Source: Phallusia mammillata (taxonomy: Eukaryota). Taken from it: 64,000 nucleotides of DNA. This document shows positions 38,504 through 48,993 of this stretch, piece after piece. The first letter of the stretch is position 1. Every line of letters starts with the position of its first letter. The translations under genes were made by a program, and so were the position numbers. The notes under the pieces are model-generated. The model was given only the letters and a program-made list of their open reading frames with translations. It searched no databases and had not been told where the DNA came from. The stretch spans positions 21,948,001 through 22,012,000 of the forward strand of contig OZ281498.1 in NCBI GenBank assembly GCA_965637545.1, read 5' to 3'.

Positions 38504-38714
38504 AAACAATTGCAAGAAGAGTTCTATACAGTTGATACTTGGCAGCAATAGATAAGTTGAAGGTATTGTTGGTTTGGCCCTATAACACAGGTCAGTTTTC
38601 TTCCCTTTTTAAAAACTAATTGCCCAACTCCTGCTTTATACAAGGAAACTTGCAAACAACTGGCTTATTTTTGCTAACATCAGTAACTTAGTATTGTGCT
38701 GTAGTTCGAACAAT

Positions 38715-39337
38715 ATGGATAAGCCAAACCCTTCATTTGAGAGCAAAGAGACAGGCAAAACAAGTAAGTTTTTGTCAATTTACTCAAATTATAAAGCAGT
38801 AGTCAGTAGTTAAACATTGCATTTTGGTTGCTTGTATAAGTTATTGCATTTCGTTACCTTTTTTAGTCCATTCAATTTCTGCTGCAAATTTACTAAGGTA
38901 GAATGTATACACCCGCATAATGTAAAAACATCGTTTACGTAAAACGGTCTTGTCATTGAAACACTTGTTTTCCCCTTGACAGTTGACAATCCAGCCAAAA
39001 CCGATCCTAATCAGACACCGAAACCTAGGGCACCACCACCCGATCCAGACCGAAACACAGGTATATTAATACAACATGACAGTTATCAAGTCTAATGTGC
39101 TGAAAAGGTTGCTTAAAATAGGTGGTAATTCGAATAGGTATAGTTGTCATCATAATTACTTAACAAATAGGCTATTCAAAAATGCTATTCAAAAATGTAG
39201 AAACAACTTTGTGTCAATTATTTTTAGGATGAGGGAATATATTTGTAGGTGTATTTTTGCTTAAAGAGTATCATTATCAATTGTGTTTTTACCCCACAGG
39301 TGGAGGTAGCCCAGGTGGTTCGTTCATACCATCTTAA
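38715..39337 (+). CDS. Pro-rich microprotein P2, 54 aa (MDKPNPSFESKETGKTIDNPAKTDPNQTPKPRAPPPDPDRNTGGGSPGGSFIPS)
   Basis: Exons 38715-38763, 38983-39060, 39300-39337; phase 1-1. Confidence 0.7.
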
Positions 39338-39584
39338 CATGCATGAATGCTGAGAACCAAACTTCCTGATTTGTTTGTAATGAATTGAATAAAACAGCAA
39401 TTATAAAAGCGTTTTCCTTTATTGTGCCCACTGTTTTACTAAAAAACTTCAGATATTTGATACACATTCGAGGTATTGTAAAGGCGTCACACCAAACAAA
39501 AAAAAACATATCTGGTTAAAATCGAAAAATCTACTAACACTATACCTCACCGCAGACCCAAGTTTAGCTAAATTTCAAAAATGG

Positions 39585-39683
39585 GCGCAAAGAGCAGCGA
39601 CGCGCCTAACCCACATACAGACTTAAAAAAATCGATCGGAATTCGTCCACGAGAGTGTCGCGGATTCGAACCTCGTGAAAAAA
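39585..39683 (+). mobile_element. tRNA-derived SINE, older copy
   Basis: Diverged homologue of 39801-39924 (gcgcctaacccacatacagac...ggattcgaacctcgtgaaaaaa); 5' boundary approximate. Confidence 0.6.
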
Positions 39684-39800
39684 TCCAAAATGCTAACAAT
39701 TAGGGATTAGGAAGAAGTTGAAAATTCAATAAAACCACTTTTGAAACCTAGTTTTTTATGTAAATTTTGTCAAAAATTAATTCCCAACCCCACTCATTTT

Positions 39801-39924
39801 TTTTTTTTTTTTTTTTTTTTTTTCACGGGGTTCGAACCCAGGACTCTCCCGGGGACGAATCCCGATCAGGTTTTTTATGTCTGTATATGGGTCAGGCGCG
39901 CCAGACCGTTCGGCCAAGTTCCTG
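39801..39924 (-). mobile_element. Young tRNA-derived SINE with poly(A) tail and TSD
   Basis: Minus strand: A-box TGGCCGAACGG, B-box GGTTCGAACC, 27-nt A tail; flanked by direct repeat CCCAACCCCACTCATTTT (39783-39800, 39925-39942). Confidence 0.85.
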
Positions 39925-41048
39925 CCCAACCCCACTCATTTTAAGCTGCTAAATTTATAATTCAGCTTATTGCGCCACCTGTCAAGATTTAGATAAATAT
40001 GGGTCAGCTGTGAGGTAGGGTGTTGAAACCTCTACCGCTTAAGTCACCCCTTTTGCTTGCCAATGTGCAAAGAGCTATTTTACGGCAAAATGTGGCTTCA
40101 ACTATGTGTATTATCTTTCTTGCTGATGTTATTACTTGCCACAACAAAGATAGTATGACTTTATTATTTTTTGAAACTAAAGTTTTTACGAGGGGGAGTT
40201 TTTTTCTGGGTTGCTACACCGTGACAACTTTTTCAGTTCCTCTTGTCATGGATCACTGCCTTGCAAAGGTTGAATACGTTAGCACGTTCTACTACTTTTG
40301 TGTTGTGTTAAAAAACTCTTTTGTTGTTTTTCAATGCTGTTCAAGTTTACCTGTCTGCTTGTAAACGATTTTGAATTGTGTACTGCATTTTTTTTACTAT
40401 ACTGCTTCTGTTTGCTTCTTTCCACTACTGTTTTATTACTGATGACCCTGTTTTCCATTAATGCGTTTAGTCTTTTTCGGACTGTCGCCTGATTGTCGAA
40501 AAATACAAAAAAAAAATACAAAAAAAAATAAAAAAGGGTATGGCGCAAGATTCTCAAGGGTAAAAGATGTTTGACCTCGGCTCGATTAAGGGATATAGTT
40601 GCATTTAGAAAAACGTTAGCTCTTTGTCCCCTTAAGTATGGTGCCTCGATTTGTTTCCAATCCGCCACTACGCTAACTTGGGAATATTGCCGTTAAACGC
40701 AAAGTTACCTCAGGAATTTTACCTAAGTGGTTTACAGTGTACGTTGTGCTTTGCTGAAGGTGACGTCAAGGTTCACTTTTGTAACTCATGATTGCTTTAC
40801 AAAGTGCCCTACGAGTACAAAACACAAAGCTAAGAGCAGCCTATTGTTTTTTTTCAAATTCTGTATGTTCTTTCGTCTTTGTTTTTTGACCCTACATTGT
40901 TCTACGCCCTCTGAGTTTTGACTGGCTTTTGTTTTTAGGTTAGATTTTTTCTGTGTTGTAAGGTTTATGTGTTCTGACTTACAACTAATTACCATCTTGG
41001 TGTTAACGTTGGCGGTCAGGCATCAGGTAGTCTAGTAGTTTAAACAAC

Positions 41049-41732
41049 ATGGATAACAAACAACAGACTTCTCCTGGGCGATACATAGGTAAGTATAATC
41101 GTTGTAAAGTTATTCGTTGCAAACTATTGGTTATGATCAGGTCAATTTCCTAAGATGGTACTTTTCCTTACAAAGCCAATGCATTTTATGCTGCAACCTA
41201 ATTTATATTCATTCTTACATTGATATGAATAAGTATGTGTCATGTCATAACAGGCTACAGGAATCAGCCTGTGTAACAGGACCAAGGTAACCGACTGATC
41301 TTTCTCGATCAGCGTCAGTGCAATCTTTTATTTGTGAAAAAGAATTTTGCCTGTTTTGGCATCGTCAGTTTCCATCGGAAAGAATTTTTTTTTGTATTTC
41401 ATATTCATATGAGAATATGCAGGTTGCCTCGAGGTTAACAGTGTACAATTTTATCCATAGTCCAGATACCAACCAAAACCCCGAACCAGGCACCGAAGCC
41501 TAAAGCACCTTCAAACCCAAATCCACAACCAAGAGGTACAGTATATTATATATTAATGTAAATGTAAATGTGTTTGTTTGTGTCATGCGGAATAGATTGC
41601 CAAGATTTTGTGTGAATTAGGATATTCTTTGTGAAAATAATATAACTGTCAAACCAAATTAATTCTTTGCTTGTTTTACTAGAAGGAGGCAATCCAGGTG
41701 GTGCCTTTGTGCCGTCCCGTCTTCCATCATAA
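41049..41732 (+). CDS. Pro-rich microprotein P3, 54 aa (MDNKQQTSPGRYIVQIPTKTPNQAPKPKAPSNPNPQPREGGNPGGAFVPSRLPS)
   Basis: Exons 41049-41088, 41461-41535, 41683-41732; introns and 3' UTR homologous to P1. Confidence 0.75.
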
Positions 41733-42058
41733 CGAAGTCATGGACCAATTTCGCAGTCTTTTGTGTGTAAATAAATAAACAAAAAGTGTTTTCCGAAATT
41801 GGCCAATCTTTTTCTGTAATTTTTTAATTTCAGAGCCCCACATTAAACTAAATTCTGGCAACAATACCGGCTTTAAATTGCACGTTTTTATCGTCTACTC
41901 CAGTCAGGGTTTTTTAAGGTTTGGTTTGGGTGACCGATAAGTAGTTTTAAGAGACCGCAAGTGTTTCATTTAAGTACCAAGAACTGTAGTTGTAGTTGCA
42001 AGTCCAAATTTTTGGGACCGTTTCGGTCCCCCAAAACACCCAAAAAAAACACTGACTC

Positions 42059-42266
42059 CAGTGGTTCTTAAACTGTGCGCCCTGGTGCGTCGTTTAAATT
42101 TTTCAAAGGCGTCGCAAAAAAGTTTTGTTTCATGGCTTTTTGTTGTTGTATCAATAAATCCAACTTTAATACTAAGTTTCCACATTAACTTTTATTTGCT
42201 GGTGCGTCGCAAGTCCAGAAAAATTTGTCCAGGGGCGTCGCAACAAAAAACGTTTGAGAACCACTG
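42059..42266. mobile_element. hAT (Charlie-like) MITE
   Basis: TIR CAGTGGTTCTTAAAC / GTTTGAGAACCACTG; TSD partly decayed. Confidence 0.75.
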
Positions 42267-42568
42267 GTCTACTCTATAGCAATGTCAAGAGCTTTTGTTA
42301 TCGAAACCAATTAATAAAAGCGAGGAGACATGTGTTCAAGTTTGTTAGTTACAGATTGATCTGTGGCATATAAGGTATAGTGTCGTCTTATTCTGAACCA
42401 AGCATTCCGGGTGTTAGGTACAGTGTTGTTAATGTCGGCCTACATTGGAGGCTTAAAAAAGAAAAGGATTAAACTTTCGCACTAAACGTTGTTTCAAGTT
42501 TGTCATTCTATTTTAGACAATTCTTGATAAAACGGTCGCTTTGTAAATATTACTGCAATCTGATAACA

Positions 42569-43132
42569 ATGTTAAAGTCTAACCAAGTAAGTTTTTATAA
42601 TCACTGTAGTAATGTATTGCAACAATTTCAAACCAGTTGTTGTCAGTAGCTCAACAATTCAGTTTATCTGGTACGTTTTGGGTGCTTTGTTAGTCTTTTC
42701 TTAGTTTTGAACTTTTGGTGCAGACTTTATAAATAAGTATATACACATGCACAGATGAGCGGATCGTCTGCAAACAGCCTTTTAATTGAATCTTCTGTTT
42801 CCCTATAACAGTCAAGCATCCAGTCAAAACCCAGAATCAGACAGTGGAACCTAAAGTACCACCATCCAATCCAAATTCTCAACAAAATAGAGAAACAGCG
42901 GTAAAATATGGCAATTACTATGTCTTACATGCAGTTGAGAATTACTAAACAAGTATTCAAAAATGCACAAACAACTTTAAGTCACTGATGTTTACGACCA
43001 GGATATATATTTTTAGGTATGTATTTCGCTTCAAGAATGTCGTTAGCAATGGTGTTTTTACTACAGGTGGGAACAACCCAGGTGCTTTCGTTCATACCAA
43101 CGTGCATGAACAGTGAAAAACAAACTTCCTGA
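42569..43132 (+). pseudogene. Pro-rich microprotein copy P4, frameshifted or diverged
   Basis: Exon 42812-42900 (KHPVKTQNQTVEPKVPPSNPNSQQNR) and exon from 43067 are homologous to P2. The first exon has TAA in the homologous frame and exon phases are altered. Confidence 0.5.
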
Positions 43133-44088
43133 TTTGTAATGAAGTGAACGAAAAGAAGCAATTATAAAAGCGTTTCACTTTTGCCAGGTCAACTGCTAAA
43201 ATATATTCAGATTTTGTCATGAGAAATGTTCGAGGTACTGTAAAGGCGTCACACCAAAAAGAAAACAATAGGCGGTTTGAACTACTTATTTTTAATGTCT
43301 GCAAAAATGTGTAAGAGACTTTACGGCGATGCTTCAACTCGTCTGTTCTGTTATACATTTAAGCACAAGTAGTTTATTGAAAAGGGGAGTTTATATGAAA
43401 CGAGAAAGGATAAAAGTAAAGTTCTACTGATTGGGGTTTGGGAAAAATCCATCTTGAAACGTGTGTCCCCAAGATTTTGTAAAGATTCACGAGAGCAAAG
43501 ATGAAAATACTTACCACAACACAAGTAGTAACTGATATGTTAAGTAAAACTATTTAACAAGTCAGGCAATTCGCACTAGCAAAAAAATCATGAATAGCTT
43601 TGCCAAAGTAGTGATATAAATATCGTCTAAGATCCAGTGAAAACTTAAAATTTAGAGAATTTTGAATACATTTAGAATTTTAGACCTGAATATAATTTTT
43701 TTGGCACGCTTGGCTAGGTTTAAATCAATGTTTATGCAAATCGTACGTATTTACTGGGTTGCTACACGGTTACACAGTTTTTCAGTTCCTCTCGTCACAG
43801 TTCACTGCACCGCCAAAATATATTACATCTGCAACAATGATAAACTTCTTAAAAAACTGTGAGCGACACAAGGTTAATCTAAGTGACTACGAGTTAGTAA
43901 TATTTTTATTTAAGTGTTGTTTTGCCACAAAGCTTAGAAACAGGTTTCTCACTTTGAACAAATAAATTACTCGTCAGCGTCAAAACAAAATCGACACAAA
44001 AAGTGCTTTTGTGTTTTATTTGCTAGAAATAGGGCCAGGCAGATGAAAAATTACATCTTTTAAACCCGAAACAACCTGTGTTTAATTC

Positions 44089-45941
44089 ATGTCTGCTCAA
44101 AGCAACAATAACAGTGGAGATGTAAACTACTACAGTGCTGGGGTAATAAACGGTAAGAAAAAAACGCTTTGTACTCTTTACGTTCAAACCGATGCTTATA
44201 ATTTTTTTTTTTTTTCAGTACAGCTTGTAATTTGTAAATGTCCCGTAACAGAAAATGTCAATATACCTCTTAAATGTAAAGAAGAACTACTGGCCCCAAT
44301 GGTAAAGAACTATTCATTCACTGTTTTTAAATCGTGTCTTTCGGTGTTGTAACAGTGGTATTGTTGGTGCGGTTAAGTTTTTCGTTTTATTGGACACAAA
44401 TCAGAAGCCACAGTTCGAGCCAGGCCGACAACTTTATTAATTCTGACATAGTTAACTCCCGAAGAGACGAACAGCATGTAGACATGAGAAGCGCAACCCT
44501 TAACGATTCAGCAGCTGCAGTACAAGGAGATGTAAATCGCTCCAAACGTGAACGTGAACGTGATAAAAATGATGGTAACTGTTTCAAACAGATTTTTCTT
44601 GTATCTTGCGTATACTTATTACGTTTCAGACTTTGGACAACAATAATCGTATGTGCTTTGGTCACACTCCGGTTTATGCGCGACTATGGTTTTTAAGGTT
44701 ATATACATCATTACCAGCTCCCAGGGTACACTAAAACCCGCTATGAGCAACGTTAGACTAACATACTGTTACCACACACCAGTTCATGTTGTACAATGTA
44801 CAGCATACACTTTTTAACAAGCATAATATTAGAGGGGCATTTGTCCTGATTTTAATGTTTCCTTTCTTTGTGGGTTAATAATGGTGCAAGCGTTTGGCGT
44901 AGGGAACCAGTTTCTTTTCTGACCTGCACACAATTTAATGTGGTCAATCTTTAACCGATCTCTTTAACCTTTTTGAAACAAACACTGTGACAACGGATAC
45001 ACAAATAAAGACACGGGCATTGTGACTTTTTATTAGGGTTTTCTAAGTTTTATGACAAGGAACCAACCTAAGCAAACAGAACTTGTCTTGTGTGGGTCTG
45101 TGCCGTTTGGGTTAATGGCATGTCGTAATGATTTTAAACAACGCGGACCAAAGAAATCTGTTGCTGCAAGGCATGATGTTAAGTAATGCTTTTCCAGCAG
45201 TTTTTGTCATTAATAATTACCGACGTTTCGACGTCCCATACGAGACGCCTTTATCGGATAATGGCTTATTTTGAAAGACTAACTTCTAATAATGCTACAA
45301 AAGAAACAAAACACACACAAAAGCAGCATTCGTTTATGATATGTCATTACATCAAAATTCAACAAAACTTGGCTACACGCCATTAACGGGTGCTATTGGC
45401 CTTGCCTTTGCACTCCGGGCTGCGCCGTCGTTGTCTACTATTTGCGAACCTCTTGCCTAAAGGCTTCTCGATTATTTATTACATTAACTGCTGGAAGAGC
45501 AATACGCTTTTATTGTGGAATAAACTCGATTATTTTAAATTTGCAGAGCAGCACCCTTCTGACGATTTTAATCTGTACGACGAAAGTCCACGCTCAGTCC
45601 ACTATAGCGACAACGATTTTGGTGTTTCACCTTTTTTGTCCACGCCAGCATACATACCTGGTTTCAAAGCACCACCGAGAAGGGCAGTATTAGTGCATAG
45701 GCATGTTCCTGTTAGCACAAACCACTTTGGCTTAGCACACTCAAGGTCTTCTCAGCCCCCTATTGCTTTGCCCGCCCGGTCCCCGCCGCCAGGAGCAGGT
45801 TATAGATCTGGCGTTATGCACGCTCGACCTATTCCTGGTCGTCCAATGGCTCCTATGTATAGTTCACCGTCGCAACATTTTCACGGCGCTTCTCATGGAA
45901 GGATTAATCCCATGAGCGGAGGAGGTCATTTTCGGCGATAA
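44089..45941 (+). CDS. Gene F: internally deleted R1 + R2 + Pro/His/Gly/Ser-rich disordered tail, ~184 aa
   Basis: Exons 44089-44152 (MSAQSNNNSGDVNYYSAGVIN), 44452-44547 (alternative donor 44574) and 45547-45941, all phase 1. The join to the last exon is inferred from phase. Confidence 0.6.
45216..45262 (-). ncRNA. Degenerate Penelope-type hammerhead motif
   Basis: Minus strand ATTATC-CGATAAA-GGCGTC(loop)GACGTC-GAAACGTC-GGTAAT: stems I and II intact, catalytic core mutated. Confidence 0.5.
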
Positions 45942-46619
45942 AGATGACCACAGTGATATTTAAATATACAAAATGCAATATATTCATCACGTACAAACTG
46001 ACTGGTAATTTTTTCAAGCTACTGTTACGGTCGATGTCTTGCGTTATAAATGTTGTATGTATGTCGCATACAGTCACAATCAATAGTTGTTTTTTTATGG
46101 TTCATTTGGTAAACATGCTTTTTGTGTGTTTGGACTTTAAATATATTACTCAACTGTGACTCTGCTTTTGTTACCATTCAAAGAAATTGTCTTTTCAATC
46201 CAACGGCGCATAATTTTAATTAGAGTATAGCTGTTGTTGTATGAATCAGGGTCAAGAGGGAGCGGTTCCAGTTTACAAAATAGGGTTTATTAGGGCAATA
46301 CCACGTTAAATGTAATTTTGAAGGTCGTTGAGACCTAAGATAAAAAGTTTTGGGTTCAAGGCCTGATGTTGTGGTTGTACGTTTTTCCAAATAAAAAATC
46401 TAACAGGTGGATACGTAGATGTTCTGGAGAAATATTCCCTAACACGGGTGGTTAGATTCTAGGGCCCCCGCGACTGGTCTCACCATCGTTTCCCCCCCAG
46501 TCGTGTTATACTCTCTCTGCGCCACACTCACTTTCTTGTGAGCACCCGACACATAACGCCTTGTAATACGGTGTAGCTGCAGCGCGTTCAACTACTATCC
46601 ACCAATTGTGCCCGACACT

Positions 46620-46730
46620 TTTTTGTGCTTCATAACGTCTTAACGTTGCGCAGCTATTTCCAGCTTGGTGATTGTTTTTAGTGCAATTTTGTTGCTATGT
46701 TGTCTTTCACCAAGCGAAATAAACTCAACT
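46620..46730 (+). repeat. Dispersed repeat, also at ~63590-63702
   Basis: Shared CATAACGT.TTAACGTTGC.CAGCTATTTCC.GCTTGGTGATTGTT...TTTCACC.AGCGAAATAAACTCAACT; boundaries approximate. Confidence 0.65.
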
Positions 46731-47785
46731 TAACTCAAATACGACGTTATTTAACACAATTTTTTATGACCGCACGAGGTCGTACAAGCGCTAGTTGTGC
46801 AACCTCTTTAAAATGGGTTTTTACCACCCATACAAGCATATTTGTTAGTGGTGTTTAAGAGCAAAGACTTTGCGAGGACATCGACCATTGTGTTGTAAAA
46901 TATTGCGACTTAGGCACAGCAAACCTTACGCAACAAAGCGGAACAAAACTACAGTGAAAAGGGGGAACCGAAACTTTCACGCCGTAGTCGTTCTAGCTGC
47001 CAAGCCTTGTGATCAAGCAGATTAAAATTCAAAAATCACTATCAAAAACTAGGTTGTATGAATTTGCACAGTACATAAACAACTTATTAAGCAAAAATTA
47101 ACCCAAAAACGTAGCTGCTGTGGCATTAATTCCCTACAAAGCGAAAAAATATTAAGACAAAGGCCACGTTTGCAGGGAAGTTACGTGAAAAAAATCCCCG
47201 AATTCTTTCCCTGGTATTTTGCTTGGGTTGATTCTCTATTAAAATTACCTAGTGGTTGTTGGATGTAACACGAGAACATTTTGATACAGTGGCTTATCGC
47301 TAGCAACTTATGTAATGCAGCAAAAGCAAGGTTGCAAAAGATGATAAGTAAAAGTATTGCTTTTAATATTGCTTGGTACGAACAAAACTGGCAATAAAGT
47401 AGCTAAAAGAGGTTGCTTTTTTTACTTGAATATTTTAAATAAACTATTGCTGTGATCAGTTTACTGTTTTTACGTATTAGTTAACTACGATTTACACTAC
47501 TTTTTTGAAATGCAGATTAAGTAAGGCATAATAATTGACTACCGTCTTTTGCTACTTCAATTTGCTGTTAGTAAAAGAACTAACTTTGTCACCAAAACTT
47601 ATGCTACAATAATCTTCGCTCTTTTATCATTACAAACAGGCAGAAATAAATTCTGATTTCAGATAAAAACGTTATAGCAGTCAGTTTCATTTTGAAGTTT
47701 TTTTTTATGATTTCTTTATCGCAGATTTAAGTTAGGCAAAATAACTTTTTTTAGTTGTACAAAAAAACAACTAAAAATCGAAATA

Positions 47786-48993
47786 ATGTCAGTTTCAAAC
47801 ACCTATAACGGTTGCAAGTTTGATGGAAAAACTCAAATATACTCAAACAGTGGGGATGTGAACAATTACAATGCACCAACTGTAAAAGGTGAGAGACAGT
47901 TGATTGCTTGTTAAGTACATAAGCATTTGATCTAAATTTGTTTTTTATTTGATATTTTAGTTGATAAAAGCAAACATGAACAACACATTGATATGAGAGG
48001 CGCTCGTATAAGCGGCTCAATAGTTGGTGTACAAGGAAACGTCAATATTGGCAAAGGTAAGGAACAAACGTTTTGATCTCACCGATCATTTTCGAAATAA
48101 ACAAGAATTTTGTAAATTGTATTTATTTGTTACTGTCAGCACAGAGTTTCTTAACCGGGAGTAAATTAAACCTAAAAAAGTAAATTTGACATGCTTTAGT
48201 CCAGTGGTGCTCAACCAGGGCCCATGACCCCCAGGGGCGTTCCGGGGGGGCACACTTGAAGGGGGCCACAAGGCCAAAAAATTACTTTTAGGGGGTCACG
48301 CTCCACGAAAGGGTGAGAACCACTGCTTTAATCGTTCATTTTATTAAGCCCAAAGAAATTTGCGTATGTATGATTAGTGAGGGAAATTTCATTTTCAAAA
48401 TCTTCTCAGGTGTAAACGGGAGAAAATTGATTAAAAATTTCCAATTGCCATAAAATCGACATGCATAATGGCTTTTAAAGCCTCAATTCTTTATTATTTG
48501 AATACAATTTTTAGGGTTAAATTTCAAACACGTTCAACTGAATCATATATTTGTCCTAAAAGTGCAATTTTCCCCATATTAAACAGTACCAGTCAATGAT
48601 AAAACAAAGGCTAGTTATGTACGTTCCGTTCCGGGAAATACCCCCGTAGTTGGTACCCGTAAATATTTAAATGTTACAGTTCCTCCTCTGCGTTTCAATT
48701 CCTCTTGCGAAATCAGTCAAACGTTTACAAGGGGCAGTAAAACTTTATAAGCTATTGGAGGGCTATAAGAGAAAACTCATCAGCTGGAATGGAATACAGC
48801 GACAAACCCGTCAAATAAATATGTTATTGTTTGTGTCTGTTAAAAGGGGGCATTTATATATCTCTTGTTTGTTCATGGGCAGTACAGATAACAACGTTAC
48901 AATAAACTTGTAAAAGAGTCGGACAAGATTATTATTTTAATTTAAAGCTCATGGTCCAATTTATATTTTTCAGGTGAAAATGGAAAATACTGA
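47786..48993 (+). CDS. Gene E: R1 + R2 microprotein, ~72 aa (MSVSNTYNGCKFDGKTQIYSNSGDVNNYNAPTVKVDKSKHEQHIDMRGARISGSIVGVQGNVNIGKGENGKY)
   Basis: Exons 47786-47888, 47961-48056 with strong GTGAG/GTAAG donors; last exon 48974-48993 (alternative acceptor at 48410). Confidence 0.7.
48202..48325. mobile_element. Short hAT MITE in gene E intron
   Basis: TIR CAGTGGTGCTCAACC / GGTGAGAACCACTG; TSD CTTTAGTC/CTTTAATC (7/8). Confidence 0.85.

Noticed and set aside
39801-39924. Functional tRNA-Met gene
   Set aside because: Acceptor and T stems do not pair fully, and the poly(A) tail plus TSD indicate a retroposed SINE.
39741-39952. Poly-Phe ORFs
   Set aside because: Translation of the SINE poly(A) tail on the opposite strand.
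3591-48056. Canonical RHIM motifs in the R2 exons
   Set aside because: The cores read VGVQG[SN]VN and lack the (I/V)Q(I/V/L)G tetrad; reported only as RHIM-reminiscent.
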